The notes: a model not told the origin generated them from the letters alone. A stretch of 57,715 nt of DNA from a virus (IMGVR_UViG_3300030376_003804:1-57715), one strand, 5' to 3'. Positions 1 to 9,419 are shown, counted from the stretch's first letter. A program made the numbers and translations.

Positions 1-1005
1 ATCAGGGTCTAACTTTAACGCTGTAACTATATTAGCGCCACCAGCTGCTTTGAGTATATGTAATGGGGCGTCAGGTGTAATTGTCCCTATACCTACTCTT
101 TCGTTTGCACCATCAAAAGCAACATAAGTGCTACCTGCACTTTGAATAAATACATCATCATCTGCATTTAGAAATATATCATCATCTGCATGTATCATCA
201 AATCTTCAGGGTTGTCTGTATCTGCTTTGATAAAAGTATCTGCTGAATCAAACCTTAGCTCTTTGTTTTCAGCCACTGTTATGTGGTCACTGAACGTCGA
301 AGTTCCAGTTACAGCTAATGTACCTGTTATAGTTGTGTTACCTGATAAAAGTGAAGTTCCTTCTACTACTGTATTTCCTGATAACAACGTAGCTCCACGT
401 ACATCTAACTTTTGACTAGGTCCAGATGTGCCTATACCCACATTACCATTGAATGTTGTATTTCCTGCATCACCGTGATGCACTATCATTGCAGCATCAC
501 CAGCGGTACCTCCATTAGAACCAAATCTCAACTGAGAACTCAAAAGCCATATATCTTGAGTTTTATTATTTAAAGTATCCGTTAATCTTATTCTTGGATA
601 TTTTCGTTTACCTTCAAGAACATTATAAGTATTGTTACTATCACTACCTTCTACAAGTAAATAGTTTCCTGTGTCTGAACTATCACCAAGTAGTAATTTA
701 CTACCATCATATTTAAATTGAGCACTACCTTCTATACTGTCAGCTGTAGAAGCTCCTACAGCTATTTGGTTATCGGCAATAGAACCAGCGATACCACTAG
801 TTCCTGCAGTTACTAAATCTACTAAATTAACGTTAACCGCACCTAGCCCACCGTTACGAGCTAAAGAAAGGGTGTAATTAGGTGCACCACCTAATGTTGC
901 CCCAGTAACATAATAATTGTTTCCAGCTGGTGCTGCGGCCTCTATGCGTCTATTACCCACTGCATTATGGGCTAAACTTTTCAATACCTTTGTATAACGT
1001 GCCAT
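1..1005 (-). CDS. Partial virion fibre/structural repeat protein (runs off the left edge)
   Basis: ATG at 1005 (MARYTKVLKSLAHNAVG...) after a GGTGA SD-like motif; frame appears open to position 1; GNVGIGTSGPSQKLDV and ERVGIGTITPDAPLHI repeats typical of phage fibre proteins; absent from the ORF track because it has no stop in the window. Confidence 0.75.
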   Translation of the reverse strand, partial: MARYTKVLKSLAHNAVGNRRIEAAAPAGNNYYVTGATLGGAPNYTLSLARNGGLGAVNVNLVDLVTAGTSGIAGSIADNQIAVGASTADSIEGSAQFKYDGSKLLLGDSSDTGNYLLVEGSDSNNTYNVLEGKRKYPRIRLTDTLNNKTQDIWLLSSQLRFGSNGGTAGDAAMIVHHGDAGNTTFNGNVGIGTSGPSQKLDVRGATLLSGNTVVEGTSLLSGNTTITGTLAVTGTSTFSDHITVAENKELRFDSADTFIKADTDNPEDLMIHADDDIFLNADDDVFIQSAGSTYVAFDGANERVGIGTITPDAPLHILKAAGGANIVTALKLDPD

Positions 1006-1018
1006 CTATTCACCAGTT

Positions 1019-1048
1019 AAAAATGTTGGGGAGATTAAGGCTCTCCCC
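1019..1048 (-). terminator. Hairpin plus T-run terminator downstream of the major capsid gene
   Basis: GGGGAGA-N7-TCTCCCC stem followed by ACATTTTT on the minus strand. Confidence 0.6.
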
Positions 1049-1078
1049 GTACCTTTCATAAAAAACTATTAGAACAAT

Positions 1079-2170
1079 CTAAGCGTTAATTATTATTTGT
1101 CCAGCTTCTGGTCTGACGACTTTCAATCCATATCTCATAGACATGTATGAACCGACAATTCCGAAACCGGGGTTTGCTTCCTCAACCGTTAGAGGTCTTC
1201 TTTCTACGTAAGCCATTGGCTTAGCAGATAAATCGAAAACACCCATGCGGTCTTGTGGGACGTATGCGTTTACTACGACTTGTAAACCATAGATTTGTCC
1301 AGCTAAGCCACCGTTATTCAACATTCCGCTGAATGGGTTGCTTTCTGGAGCGGTAGGCATTACGTTTGCACCAGTTACTGCAGAGCCTGATACTGCCATT
1401 GTGTTTGTGAAAACACTAGCAAAATCAGCCATCTTTAGTAAGTTCTCGTAGTGAGCTGGGGAAATGAACAAGTGAGTTGCACTTGCCCCGTGCTTTGACA
1501 TACGAGAGATAGCAGCAGCAATATCGGATAATGCGATAGCTCCTGCGGTATCGTTGGTTGCGTTGTTGTAAGACTTAGCTCCTGAAAGGACAGCTATTGG
1601 TTGGTCTGCGTATTGGTCTAGACGACCAGCAAACGTTGCGTCTTTTCCTAAGAAACCACCTTGTGGGTTTGTTGAAAAAGTTGTGATAGTATCTTCAGCG
1701 GTTGTAGCACCAATAGCGATTGTACCGAAAGTGTCGTCTGCTGAGCCAGAACCAAAAATAACCTTTACTACGTGGTTAGTCATGTGTCTGTCTACAGCTC
1801 TGCGAGCTTCGTTCAATGCCATTTCAACTTCGTTGAATCTTGAATCTTCTATCATTCTTCGGGTTACACCTACTGCAAGACCCCACTCTTTGACTGCGAC
1901 TCTCTCGGAGCGTAGTTTTGTGTGTTGGTATTGAGGAGTTGTTCCTTCATCTATTTTTTCCATCGACATCGATGGTTTTGCGAAAGTGATATCAATATCA
2001 CCGCCTGTATCAGTCGTCATTGGGTCTGCAAAGAATTGCATTACTGGAAGGTCTGTGACTCTGTAATCACGGATTGCTTCTTTGTAATCAATGAGGACTC
2101 TTTCACCTGCACCGCCGTTGACGGAGCCTGTGTTCAAGCTTGTTAGTATACCGGGAGTTGCATCTACCAT
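1079..2170 (-). CDS. Major capsid protein, HK97 fold
   Basis: 363 aa; EG..P...........V.K.G....VTRRMIEDS motif, LFISP, GQIYGLQVVVNAYVP, C-terminal RYGLKVVRPEA; last gene of the terL-portal-protease operon. Confidence 0.92.
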   Translation of the reverse strand: MVDATPGILTSLNTGSVNGGAGERVLIDYKEAIRDYRVTDLPVMQFFADPMTTDTGGDIDITFAKPSMSMEKIDEGTTPQYQHTKLRSERVAVKEWGLAVGVTRRMIEDSRFNEVEMALNEARRAVDRHMTNHVVKVIFGSGSADDTFGTIAIGATTAEDTITTFSTNPQGGFLGKDATFAGRLDQYADQPIAVLSGAKSYNNATNDTAGAIALSDIAAAISRMSKHGASATHLFISPAHYENLLKMADFASVFTNTMAVSGSAVTGANVMPTAPESNPFSGMLNNGGLAGQIYGLQVVVNAYVPQDRMGVFDLSAKPMAYVERRPLTVEEANPGFGIVGSYMSMRYGLKVVRPEAGQIIINA

Positions 2171-2180
2171 TTAAATCACC

Positions 2181-2582
2181 TTAGAGTGTTTGGCACTTGT
2201 GTAATCCTGCGCCTGATGCTGAAGCAGCTGCTAAACATACTGCTTGTGCTTTTGGTTTGGTGGTTGCGTTGGTTGCGGCTAACAATTGACCGGGAGTTGT
2301 TCCCATCATCAATGCTGTGCCTGCAACTACGTCTGCAGTTTGAATATTCAAAATTACACCTACACCAGTTATCAACGAACAGACTCCACCTAAAGCGGCG
2401 TCTGTTAAAGCAATTCCAGCATAAGCAAAAGCTTGACCACCTGAGTCACCGCTGTCTGCTAATTGGACTTTACCTGTTGCATCGATAGTACATGCTTCTC
2501 CGGCGGAAATAGCTTCAGCTGCTATATATGGAAGTATACGTGCTGGAGCTCCTCCGTCATTTACTAAAATTTCTGTTGCCAT
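2181..2582 (-). CDS. Capsid decoration/cement protein
   Basis: 133 aa, Ala/Gly-rich, AAEAISAG...A.GIAL pattern; lies between scaffold and MCP. Confidence 0.7.
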   Translation of the reverse strand: MATEILVNDGGAPARILPYIAAEAISAGEACTIDATGKVQLADSGDSGGQAFAYAGIALTDAALGGVCSLITGVGVILNIQTADVVAGTALMMGTTPGQLLAATNATTKPKAQAVCLAAASASGAGLHKCQTL

Positions 2583-2584
2583 AT

Positions 2585-3082
2585 TTAGTTACCTCTATAG
2601 TAGTCTTGGTCAATTTTTAATTTACCATCTACCATTTTCATACCGAATTTTCTTTCTGTTGGTTCTGGTACTTCACCTTCGTCAGCTGATTTACCTTTAC
2701 CGAAAGACCTTTCGACATCGTTGCTTGGCTCTGGCATTGCTGCTAGAGCGTCGCTGAATCCAGTCAATCTGGACTCATCCCATGCAGAGAGTTCCTCTAC
2801 ACGAGCATCCTTCTTTTCTTCTTCGACTGAGCCGAATAAGATTTCTTTGGATATAATTGCTTCTACAGTTTCTAACTTTCGTGCTTCTGCTTCCTTAGTT
2901 AGTCTTTCTTCCTCTGCTTCTTTGAAAACTTCTAATTCTTTCATAGCTTTCTTGAATTCAGATTCGATTTCTTTCTTGGATGCTTCTGCAGCTTCAAGTT
3001 GTGAACGTAGAGAAGCGAACTCGCGTTCGACAATGTTCTCTGCCTCGGATTTTACAGTTGTTTCTTTTGTCTCTTCTGACAT
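2585..3082 (-). CDS. Probable nested in-frame scaffold protein (internal start)
   Basis: GAGGT SD 8 nt before the in-frame ATG of MSEETKE, at the start of the coiled coil. Confidence 0.5.
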   Translation of the reverse strand: MSEETKETTVKSEAENIVEREFASLRSQLEAAEASKKEIESEFKKAMKELEVFKEAEEERLTKEAEARKLETVEAIISKEILFGSVEEEKKDARVEELSAWDESRLTGFSDALAAMPEPSNDVERSFGKGKSADEGEVPEPTERKFGMKMVDGKLKIDQDYYRGN

Positions 3083-3847
3083 ATTTTCTACCTCTGTTTT
3101 CCCGTCTTCACATCCACATGAATCCTCATGGCCACCACAACCACAGTCGTGGTCGTCTTCAGATTCTTGTGAATCACATTCATTTCCATCTATTGTACAT
3201 TCTTTACAGACGGGGTCCATTTTTTCATTGTCAATGAAACTTACCTCTGTGGGACGAATGTTAGTGGCATATGTGTCACCCATCACATCAATATCGTTGG
3301 AAAACCAATCAATACTAACATGAGTCATGTCCCCGTCCTTGACTTTGTTCATCACTTCTTGACCGCGGCCATATTTGTTAGATACTGTTGCCAACATCTT
3401 AACTGCGGTCTTTCCATTATCCATCTCGATTAGCTCAGGTTTCGTTGCCATGCCGATTAAATCCTCAGCTGTTCTTTGATGGTCAATATAAATCGGGAGT
3501 TCTGAGAACTTCTCAAGGTTGTCCTTCAACATACCTCCTTCAATATAAACTTTATGTTCTTCTCCTTCTACCTCATATTCATGGGGTCCGGATGTAATAG
3601 CGATAACCGGGAATGTAACAGAGTCAATTCCCTCATCACTGGAAAATGTAATATCGTCTCCTTCCGCTACATTCATCCCGAATGTTCTGCGTGTAGGTTC
3701 TGTAGACTTACCCTCTGCAAACTCCCGCTCTACGCCGTTCTCTTGCGCCCACATGCTACACATGCCAGCTGCAATCTCTTCTGGGTTATCAAAACCCCTC
3801 TTCTTCAGGTTTGATTTAGTTTGTATCATACATTTTTCAAATGTCAT
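2585..3847 (-). CDS. Prohead protease fused to a coiled-coil scaffold
   Basis: LPIYIDH, HVSIDW and EVSFID motifs of HK97/herpes-type maturation proteases; acidic coiled-coil C-terminus; position after portal. Confidence 0.82.
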   Translation of the reverse strand: MTFEKCMIQTKSNLKKRGFDNPEEIAAGMCSMWAQENGVEREFAEGKSTEPTRRTFGMNVAEGDDITFSSDEGIDSVTFPVIAITSGPHEYEVEGEEHKVYIEGGMLKDNLEKFSELPIYIDHQRTAEDLIGMATKPELIEMDNGKTAVKMLATVSNKYGRGQEVMNKVKDGDMTHVSIDWFSNDIDVMGDTYATNIRPTEVSFIDNEKMDPVCKECTIDGNECDSQESEDDHDCGCGGHEDSCGCEDGKTEVENMSEETKETTVKSEAENIVEREFASLRSQLEAAEASKKEIESEFKKAMKELEVFKEAEEERLTKEAEARKLETVEAIISKEILFGSVEEEKKDARVEELSAWDESRLTGFSDALAAMPEPSNDVERSFGKGKSADEGEVPEPTERKFGMKMVDGKLKIDQDYYRGN

Positions 3848-5148
3848 GCTCTATCTCCTGTCGCGTTTGCGGAGGGCTGATTGCCCCTGTTTTGTGCTCT
3901 AGAGGACTCTTCTCTTTTGTCTTGGTCCTTTCCTCCAGAAATATTCACATTCTTATCACTTTGTTCTTGTGTTATAGGAGAAGCTTTGATATCTTCAGAT
4001 GTTTCCATATCTAATGTGGCTACACCTTCTGGATTCAAACCTCTTTCCTCTCTTACTTCACCGGGTGATAAAACTCCTTCTGATAAATATATCATATCAG
4101 TCTTAGCTTTAGTGAATGCGTCATCAACGTTAATCTGCCTAAACTTAAACTTTGCTTCTCCACTATTTATTTGTGGCATCAGCTGGGCGTTAAGTGCACC
4201 CTCTACCATTGTTTGTAAATATCTTACATATGGTTCAAAAATTGGTCTTGCTTTTTCTGGGTCTGTCCACATAGTGCGTGGTGTTTTCAAAGCTACGTGT
4301 ATTTTATCTAATATATCATCTGTATATTTACCATACTCAAAAGCTCGTTGAGTACCTTGTAGTTCTTTAATAACAATGTCGTTACCATGTATAATGTCTT
4401 CGCCCGGAGCTAAAGTATTAAATGCATCTACTATTTCGTTAATCTTATCAGGACCATAAGGCATATCTGGTAAACCAGCACTGACATCAAAACGACTTGA
4501 AGCATATTTATTTAAAGCAGCACCAATATCTCTTTCTGCATAATCTTTTAAATCTACCAAATATAAAATAGGATGTATATCTGATAAACCATATGCTAAA
4601 TCATCGAAAGAATTATTATTTAGTGCTATTACCTCATCTTCTTCAAATCTTACATTCTCTTCGTCGTCTCCAACTTTTTGATAGTAATATTCTATTTGTC
4701 CATGCTCGTTCCTTTTGACGAACATATTTTGACTTGAACGTAAAACTAAATTATCTCCAGTCCATTCTAAATATCCACTACCAAATATTCTTGCATTTCT
4801 TAACCACCCGTATAATATATGTTCAATATTGATATCTCTAAACATTCCTTCAACCTCTTCTCTAAGATTATCATCATCAGTTACAATATCAAAATTATCT
4901 TTTACAGCGTATAAACAAGGTAAATCAATGAGTGTTCTAACTATAGGGTCAGAAAGATAAACATTCATATAAGTTCTGTTTTTACCTATATGTGGTTCAT
5001 AATCTTTTTCTTGACCTACACTAAAACCACGATTGATTTTTAGTCTTTGAATGACTCCTTCTCCGTAACTACGAGGGTCGTCTTTTTTGTACGAAGGGTT
5101 GCTCCCAATTGATGCAAACCTGCGTCTAACATTATCTATAAACGACAT
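3844..5148 (-). CDS. Portal protein
   Basis: 434 aa directly after terL; YGLSDI motif, GVLSPGEVREERGL C-terminal motif. Confidence 0.88.
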   Translation of the reverse strand: MSFIDNVRRRFASIGSNPSYKKDDPRSYGEGVIQRLKINRGFSVGQEKDYEPHIGKNRTYMNVYLSDPIVRTLIDLPCLYAVKDNFDIVTDDDNLREEVEGMFRDINIEHILYGWLRNARIFGSGYLEWTGDNLVLRSSQNMFVKRNEHGQIEYYYQKVGDDEENVRFEEDEVIALNNNSFDDLAYGLSDIHPILYLVDLKDYAERDIGAALNKYASSRFDVSAGLPDMPYGPDKINEIVDAFNTLAPGEDIIHGNDIVIKELQGTQRAFEYGKYTDDILDKIHVALKTPRTMWTDPEKARPIFEPYVRYLQTMVEGALNAQLMPQINSGEAKFKFRQINVDDAFTKAKTDMIYLSEGVLSPGEVREERGLNPEGVATLDMETSEDIKASPITQEQSDKNVNISGGKDQDKREESSRAQNRGNQPSANATGDRA

Positions 5149-5174
5149 GGCTTTAAATAATTAATCTTGATGAG

Positions 5175-5188
5175 TATATAAAGTTTTT
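5175..5188 (-). promoter_or_regulatory. Archaeal BRE/TATA promoter for the portal-capsid operon
   Basis: AAAAAC-TTTATATA-C, 34 nt upstream of the portal ATG. Confidence 0.65.
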
Positions 5189-5189
5189 G

Positions 5190-6857
5190 TTAGATTCCCC
5201 TTAAAGAATGTTTATTTAGCTGTGGTTTTCTCATAGTTGTACTAAAAACTGGTCTTCTGGAGTTACTTTGATATGCTCTATCAGGTTTATTGATAGGTCT
5301 TGAAATAATTGATTGTCCAAAATTACCAGTCATAGGCAACATACTAAGAGTTGCATGTATCCCCATAGCCGAACTATCACAATAATCATCATGTTTACCA
5401 CTAGGTGCTGCAATCTTTTCTGTTTTATTTGCTGCATCCATAGTATATTCTAATTCTATGTGCTCTTTTACCCACTTGTTAACTAATTTAGCAATGTTTG
5501 GTTCTAAATTGTCTGGATTAGGTATTTTTACTCTTCCTTGTTGTATGTAAGAAACGAAGTCTCTGTACATTTGCGTTTTAGTACCTTTAGGACCACCCGT
5601 AAAAACGAAAGGAACGAAATGAACATTAGCATCTAAACACGCCATCCGTAAGTCTTGTTCAACCGCACCACCAATACCAGTACAGTCAACAATGAGGCGA
5701 CTAGCACCAAGCTGATTGGTAATATCCATAATACGTTTACGTTGGTATGGAATATCGTGTCCTCCAGTTCTAGCATTGATTTCTTCAATGTATACAAGCC
5801 GTGCAATATTTGCATCATCAGTTTTATCAAGGGACCATGCACTAATAACAGTAGAGTTAACAGATTTACCAATGTCAACCCCAACAGTAATATTGCTTCC
5901 TCTCTCGAATCCATGCTCATCCAATCTAGTAATTTTGTAATCATCATAACACCTTTTAATTTTTTCTGGACTAAAAACATTCGCTACCGACTCTACAAAC
6001 TCACATTCATACTCTGTTCTCCAGTAAATAGAGTCTTCACCCCACTCTGTCATTTTATCTAACATTTCTTCTTCAGTATAAGGTGCTGAATAGGCTTCAC
6101 CTTTGTTCACGGCATCTCTCCATGTGTAATGTAATCTAGTAAAGGTATCTGCATAGTTGTCGTCATACAAATATCTCCACATATGATTATCCTTTGACTT
6201 TGGTGTTCCAAGATTAATAAAGGGTGCTTTATTAGAAACTATAGAAGGTTCTACATTATCAATGAATAATTTATCGTCGATGAGTGGAGACTCATCAACT
6301 ACTAAGAATGTAGGGTGTTGACCCCGTATAGCTTGTCCTTGGTTACTAGGCGCTAACGGAGCTCTTCTCATAACTGTGCCCCCCTTAAGTGTTATGTTGG
6401 GCTTATTATGAAATCTATAATTTGCTACTAATCCATTTAAAAAAGTGTTGTCAGCAAAGTGTCTATAAACATAATTAAAAATTAAAGCAGCTTGGTCTTC
6501 TGTAGGAGCCAGTATAAATACTAAATCTCTAAACCTATTAAAAAACATATATATAGTTACCGCTACTGATAAAGCGAAAGATTTTCCGCTTCCTCGTGGT
6601 GCTAATATAGCTAACTTTTTTTGTTTATCATCTTTACGATTTGTTAAACATTCTAATACAATGTCCTCTTGCATAGGTCTCATGCGTAGAGGTCTCTGTT
6701 TATTATCAATTAAGTACGCTGTACAGAACGCACGTACTAATTTACGCATCTTTTCTTTGTCGTCTCTACATTTAGCGAAAATTTTTTCTAATTGTCGTGA
6801 ATCTACTCCACCTTTACCTGTCAACAGGCTTTTTAGGTGTTTCTCGTTTTTCATCAT
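5190..6857 (-). CDS. terL: Terminase large subunit
   Basis: Walker A APRGSGKS, Walker B LVVDE, LGTP coupling motif, RNase H-like GVDIG, VDCTGIG and HDDYCDS. Confidence 0.95.
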   Translation of the reverse strand: MMKNEKHLKSLLTGKGGVDSRQLEKIFAKCRDDKEKMRKLVRAFCTAYLIDNKQRPLRMRPMQEDIVLECLTNRKDDKQKKLAILAPRGSGKSFALSVAVTIYMFFNRFRDLVFILAPTEDQAALIFNYVYRHFADNTFLNGLVANYRFHNKPNITLKGGTVMRRAPLAPSNQGQAIRGQHPTFLVVDESPLIDDKLFIDNVEPSIVSNKAPFINLGTPKSKDNHMWRYLYDDNYADTFTRLHYTWRDAVNKGEAYSAPYTEEEMLDKMTEWGEDSIYWRTEYECEFVESVANVFSPEKIKRCYDDYKITRLDEHGFERGSNITVGVDIGKSVNSTVISAWSLDKTDDANIARLVYIEEINARTGGHDIPYQRKRIMDITNQLGASRLIVDCTGIGGAVEQDLRMACLDANVHFVPFVFTGGPKGTKTQMYRDFVSYIQQGRVKIPNPDNLEPNIAKLVNKWVKEHIELEYTMDAANKTEKIAAPSGKHDDYCDSSAMGIHATLSMLPMTGNFGQSIISRPINKPDRAYQSNSRRPVFSTTMRKPQLNKHSLRGI

Positions 6858-7149
6858 CTACTAGTTCCTCTAAGAATGAACCAAAACCTTCTGCACTCTT
6901 TTCCATTTCAGTAGGTACTTCAATATTCAATGCTCTAAATTCTGTATGGATATCTCTTACTATTTGGTTTCGTTGTCGCAATAACTCTGTTCTAGCGTTA
7001 ACATCCCGAATACATATAAGAATTTCTTCCCACAACACGTCTTCCAGCGCAAGATTACGTGCCAAAAGGCGAACAAGCTCTTTATGACGTACATATTCAG
7101 CTTCTCCTACCCTTTGACGTAATCGAGTCTCGTATTCCTCTACGTTCAA
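6814..7149 (-). CDS. Probable terminase small subunit
   Basis: 111 aa, predicted helical, immediately upstream of and overlapping terL. Confidence 0.55.
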   Translation of the reverse strand: MNVEEYETRLRQRVGEAEYVRHKELVRLLARNLALEDVLWEEILICIRDVNARTELLRQRNQIVRDIHTEFRALNIEVPTEMEKSAEGFGSFLEELVDDEKRETPKKPVDR

Positions 7150-7574
7150 AGTCCTTTCCCTTCATCAAGGGCGGATTTGACTTTAGACTTAACAAGACTA
7201 GCTAGCTCGTCATCTTTCTCATCCCAAGCTGTAATTAATACATTTCGGACTAAGGAATCTTTAACGTGCTTTTGTGCTGTTTCATCAAGCTTTTCAAAAG
7301 CTTTTATCTGGGCTTTAGATAGATTCTTATCTAGTAAATCCATTAGTTCAGCTTCGTTATTCTTTAAGTATTTAAAAACTAACTCTTTTACTGCAGGTAC
7401 GGTGTAAGCTACGTAAGCTCCTAAACCTAATACCAGTGCAGCTAATGCTGCTAATAATGGGTCGTCCATCAAAGCGTCTAACATTCCAGATTCTTCTACA
7501 GTATCTAAGATGGCAGTTAAGTTACCCTCTTCTGCTGTCTCATTACCTGCTGTTTCATTATTTGTATTGTTCAT
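7146..7574 (-). CDS. Single-TM membrane protein (start revised to 7574)
   Basis: GGAGA SD before MNNTNNETAGNE; hydrophobic LLAALAALVLGLGAYVAY; the longer ORF-track start overlaps another gene and a promoter. Confidence 0.65.
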   Translation of the reverse strand: MNNTNNETAGNETAEEGNLTAILDTVEESGMLDALMDDPLLAALAALVLGLGAYVAYTVPAVKELVFKYLKNNEAELMDLLDKNLSKAQIKAFEKLDETAQKHVKDSLVRNVLITAWDEKDDELASLVKSKVKSALDEGKGL

Positions 7575-7589
7575 ATGTTGATATCTCCA

Positions 7590-7660
7590 TATTGGGGCTC
7601 CCACGATGGCACTTGCGATAAGTAACCTATGGAGCAATGGCCCTGTGGCGGGTGCCCATA
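7590..7660 (-). promoter_or_regulatory. Structured 5' leader candidate
   Basis: GGGCACCCGC (7657-7648) pairs with GTGGGAGCCC (7604-7595); lies between the TATA box at 7680-7687 and the SD of the 7574 gene. Confidence 0.4.
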
Positions 7661-7679
7661 CATATTTAGAATGTGTGTG

Positions 7680-7691
7680 TATATAAAGCTT
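7680..7691 (-). promoter_or_regulatory. BRE/TATA promoter for the terminase operon
   Basis: AAGC-TTTATATA-C, the same pattern as other late promoters. Confidence 0.6.
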
Positions 7692-7977
7692 ACCATTTAA
7701 CTTTGTTAGCCCAATAAGCTGCAGACATCTTACCCTTCTTGATATTTTTAGCGTGGCGCGCTTTAAAACTCTTTCTTCGGGCTTTGGACTTTGGGTCCAT
7801 CTTCTTGCCTGCTGTGGTAACTCCTTGTTGGCCAAACCTAATTAGTTTAGTCTTCGTTCCTTCTTTAGCTACCACTACGTGTGACTTCTTGGGATGATTA
7901 GGTGTTCTTTTTGGTTTGTTGTAACCTGCTACACCTGCTCTAACAAGCTTTGGGTCTTTTTTCTTTTTCGGTGCCAT
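7690..7977 (-). CDS. Small Lys/Arg-rich conserved phage protein
   Basis: RRKSFKARH...SAAYWANKVKW motif seen in many marine phage proteins; TAATG coupling. Confidence 0.75.
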   Translation of the reverse strand: MAPKKKKDPKLVRAGVAGYNKPKRTPNHPKKSHVVVAKEGTKTKLIRFGQQGVTTAGKKMDPKSKARRKSFKARHAKNIKKGKMSAAYWANKVKW

Positions 7978-8159
7978 TATTTACCTGCCTTCTTCATAGC
8001 AGTTTTATGAGATTGAGCAAAGGTCTGCCCCCTTTTCATAGCAACTGCCATTGCTCTAATATGTTTTGCTGTGTGGTGCTTACTATGTCTTTTCATAGCA
8101 GTTATCTGACGTTTATTCAGACCTGCCATACTTACACCTTTAACCTTCTCAGTAGCCAT
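7977..8159 (-). CDS. Small basic protein
   Basis: HSKHHTAKHI...GQTFAQSHK.A motif; coupled to the next gene. Confidence 0.7.
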   Translation of the reverse strand: MATEKVKGVSMAGLNKRQITAMKRHSKHHTAKHIRAMAVAMKRGQTFAQSHKTAMKKAGK

Positions 8160-8202
8160 ATCTCTTTTTACCTTTTTTCTTTTTACCTTTTTTCATCGGC
8201 AT
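8149..8202 (-). CDS. 17-aa Lys-rich peptide MPMKKGKKKKGKKRYGY
   Basis: ATG overlaps the upstream TAA (TAATG) and fills the gap in the operon. Confidence 0.5.
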   Translation of the reverse strand: MPMKKGKKKKGKKRYGY

Positions 8203-8447
8203 TATTTCGCCCTCCTTACTGCTTTTTTAATTTTCTTCGAATACTTTGCTCTACTACCCACTCCACCAGCTTTACGTTTCTTGCGGTTCGTTGCTGCTTT
8301 CTGTCCTTTGGTTAGTCGAGACCTAACATTCTTTGGTAAGTATCTACCTCGTTTTGACTTTGGTTTTTTCTCATCACTTTTTGTGACATAGCCCCATTTT
8401 TGTTTACCCCATTTTTTCAGGGACTTCTGGGACTTTTTCAAAGCCAT
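8202..8447 (-). CDS. Small basic protein (KSQKSLKKW...GRYLPK family)
   Basis: Very K/R-rich; motif recognisable from phage DUF5872-like proteins. Confidence 0.72.
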   Translation of the reverse strand: MALKKSQKSLKKWGKQKWGYVTKSDEKKPKSKRGRYLPKNVRSRLTKGQKAATNRKKRKAGGVGSRAKYSKKIKKAVRRAK

Positions 8448-8683
8448 TAGCGGTATCCTCCACCGGCGGCTTTATATTGTTTTGCTAACATCTGAGCTTT
8501 TCTAGCTGACCATTGGCCCGGAGCTCCACCTTTACTTCCTGCTTTGATTTTATTAAACAACCTCTTTCTCATTGTAGGTTTGGTATAGTTACCAGCCTCA
8601 TTAACTCTAGACTTTGTCTTACGTTTTGTAGTTGTCTTTCGTTTTGCAGGTGCTTTGCGTTTAGTTGTTTTTCTAGGTGCCAT
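8447..8683 (-). CDS. Small basic protein (DUF5872-like)
   Basis: YTKP.MRKRLF..IKAGSKGG.PGQWSARKAQMLAK.YK..GGGY motif. Confidence 0.75.
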   Translation of the reverse strand: MAPRKTTKRKAPAKRKTTTKRKTKSRVNEAGNYTKPTMRKRLFNKIKAGSKGGAPGQWSARKAQMLAKQYKAAGGGYR

Positions 8684-8685
8684 GT

Positions 8686-8883
8686 CTATTCTCCGTATTT
8701 TATAGATTCAGATGCTCCATTAGCTCTAACTTTCTTAATCCACTCAACGTTAGGAATTTGGACTGCATCATTATTATCTGGTGCAATCTCTCCGTTTCCT
8801 TCTAGTTTAAGTAGTTTGAAAGATTTGCCAACGTACTCTTGTTGACCCATTTTGTCTGAGTCTTTCTTTATTATTTTATCCAT
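8686..8883 (-). CDS. Hypothetical protein
   Basis: GGAGA SD; tight operon packing. Confidence 0.6.
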   Translation of the reverse strand: MDKIIKKDSDKMGQQEYVGKSFKLLKLEGNGEIAPDNNDAVQIPNVEWIKKVRANGASESIKYGE

Positions 8884-8894
8884 AGTTTATCTCC

Positions 8895-9419
8895 TTACTT
8901 CTTTGATTCCATCTTATGTTCTTGTTCTTGCTGTTTAGCCTCTATCATCTGAGATTGTTTCTGTGCGTGGTCATTATAATCGATAACAGCTTGTGCTTTT
9001 ACCTTGTAGAATGCAGTTTTCTCAGCTTGTTCTTGTTTCCAAACATCTAAAGCATCTTTAATGATTAGTAGGGCTGGCCCACCTAATATAGCTATCAAAG
9101 TTGTATATCCTTCTATTTGCTCAAGAACAGAGTCGTCTTGCAGTCCACTGTGTATAACAAACCCAGCGAAACCAACCCAAAGTAGAACTAAAGGCACAGC
9201 TATCATAAACATGAAAATGTCATTGAATGTAACTCCTTCACTTGCGGTGTCTTTACTCATTATTAATTTCTCCTTCTGTTTTGTTGGTTCTAGTTTGGTA
9301 CTTGGTTCCTTTGGAATCATACGGCGCACAAATCCCACAAGTACCGCGAAAGCAATTACAACAGCCAGCGAGGCCATTACTACTGCTAACATTTCTAGTA
9401 TTTCTATCCACTCAATCAC
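8895..9419 (-). CDS. Membrane protein with three predicted TM segments (holin-like candidate)
   Basis: Three hydrophobic stretches and a charged C-terminal tail; GTG start overlapping the upstream stop. Confidence 0.6.
   Translation of the reverse strand: MIEWIEILEMLAVVMASLAVVIAFAVLVGFVRRMIPKEPSTKLEPTKQKEKLIMSKDTASEGVTFNDIFMFMIAVPLVLLWVGFAGFVIHSGLQDDSVLEQIEGYTTLIAILGGPALLIIKDALDVWKQEQAEKTAFYKVKAQAVIDYNDHAQKQSQMIEAKQQEQEHKMESKK

Noticed and set aside
212-7621. Plus-strand ORFs over the head/packaging genes (e.g. 2721-3323, 3881-4351)
   Set aside because: Antisense shadows of well-supported minus-strand genes; Ser/Phe-rich with no motifs.
7575-7835. N-terminal extension of the 7146 ORF
   Set aside because: It overlaps another gene and a TATA box, and a better SD/ATG exists at 7574. 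Similar over-extended starts were trimmed at 11087, 16429, 27439, 33336, 50416 and 55827.
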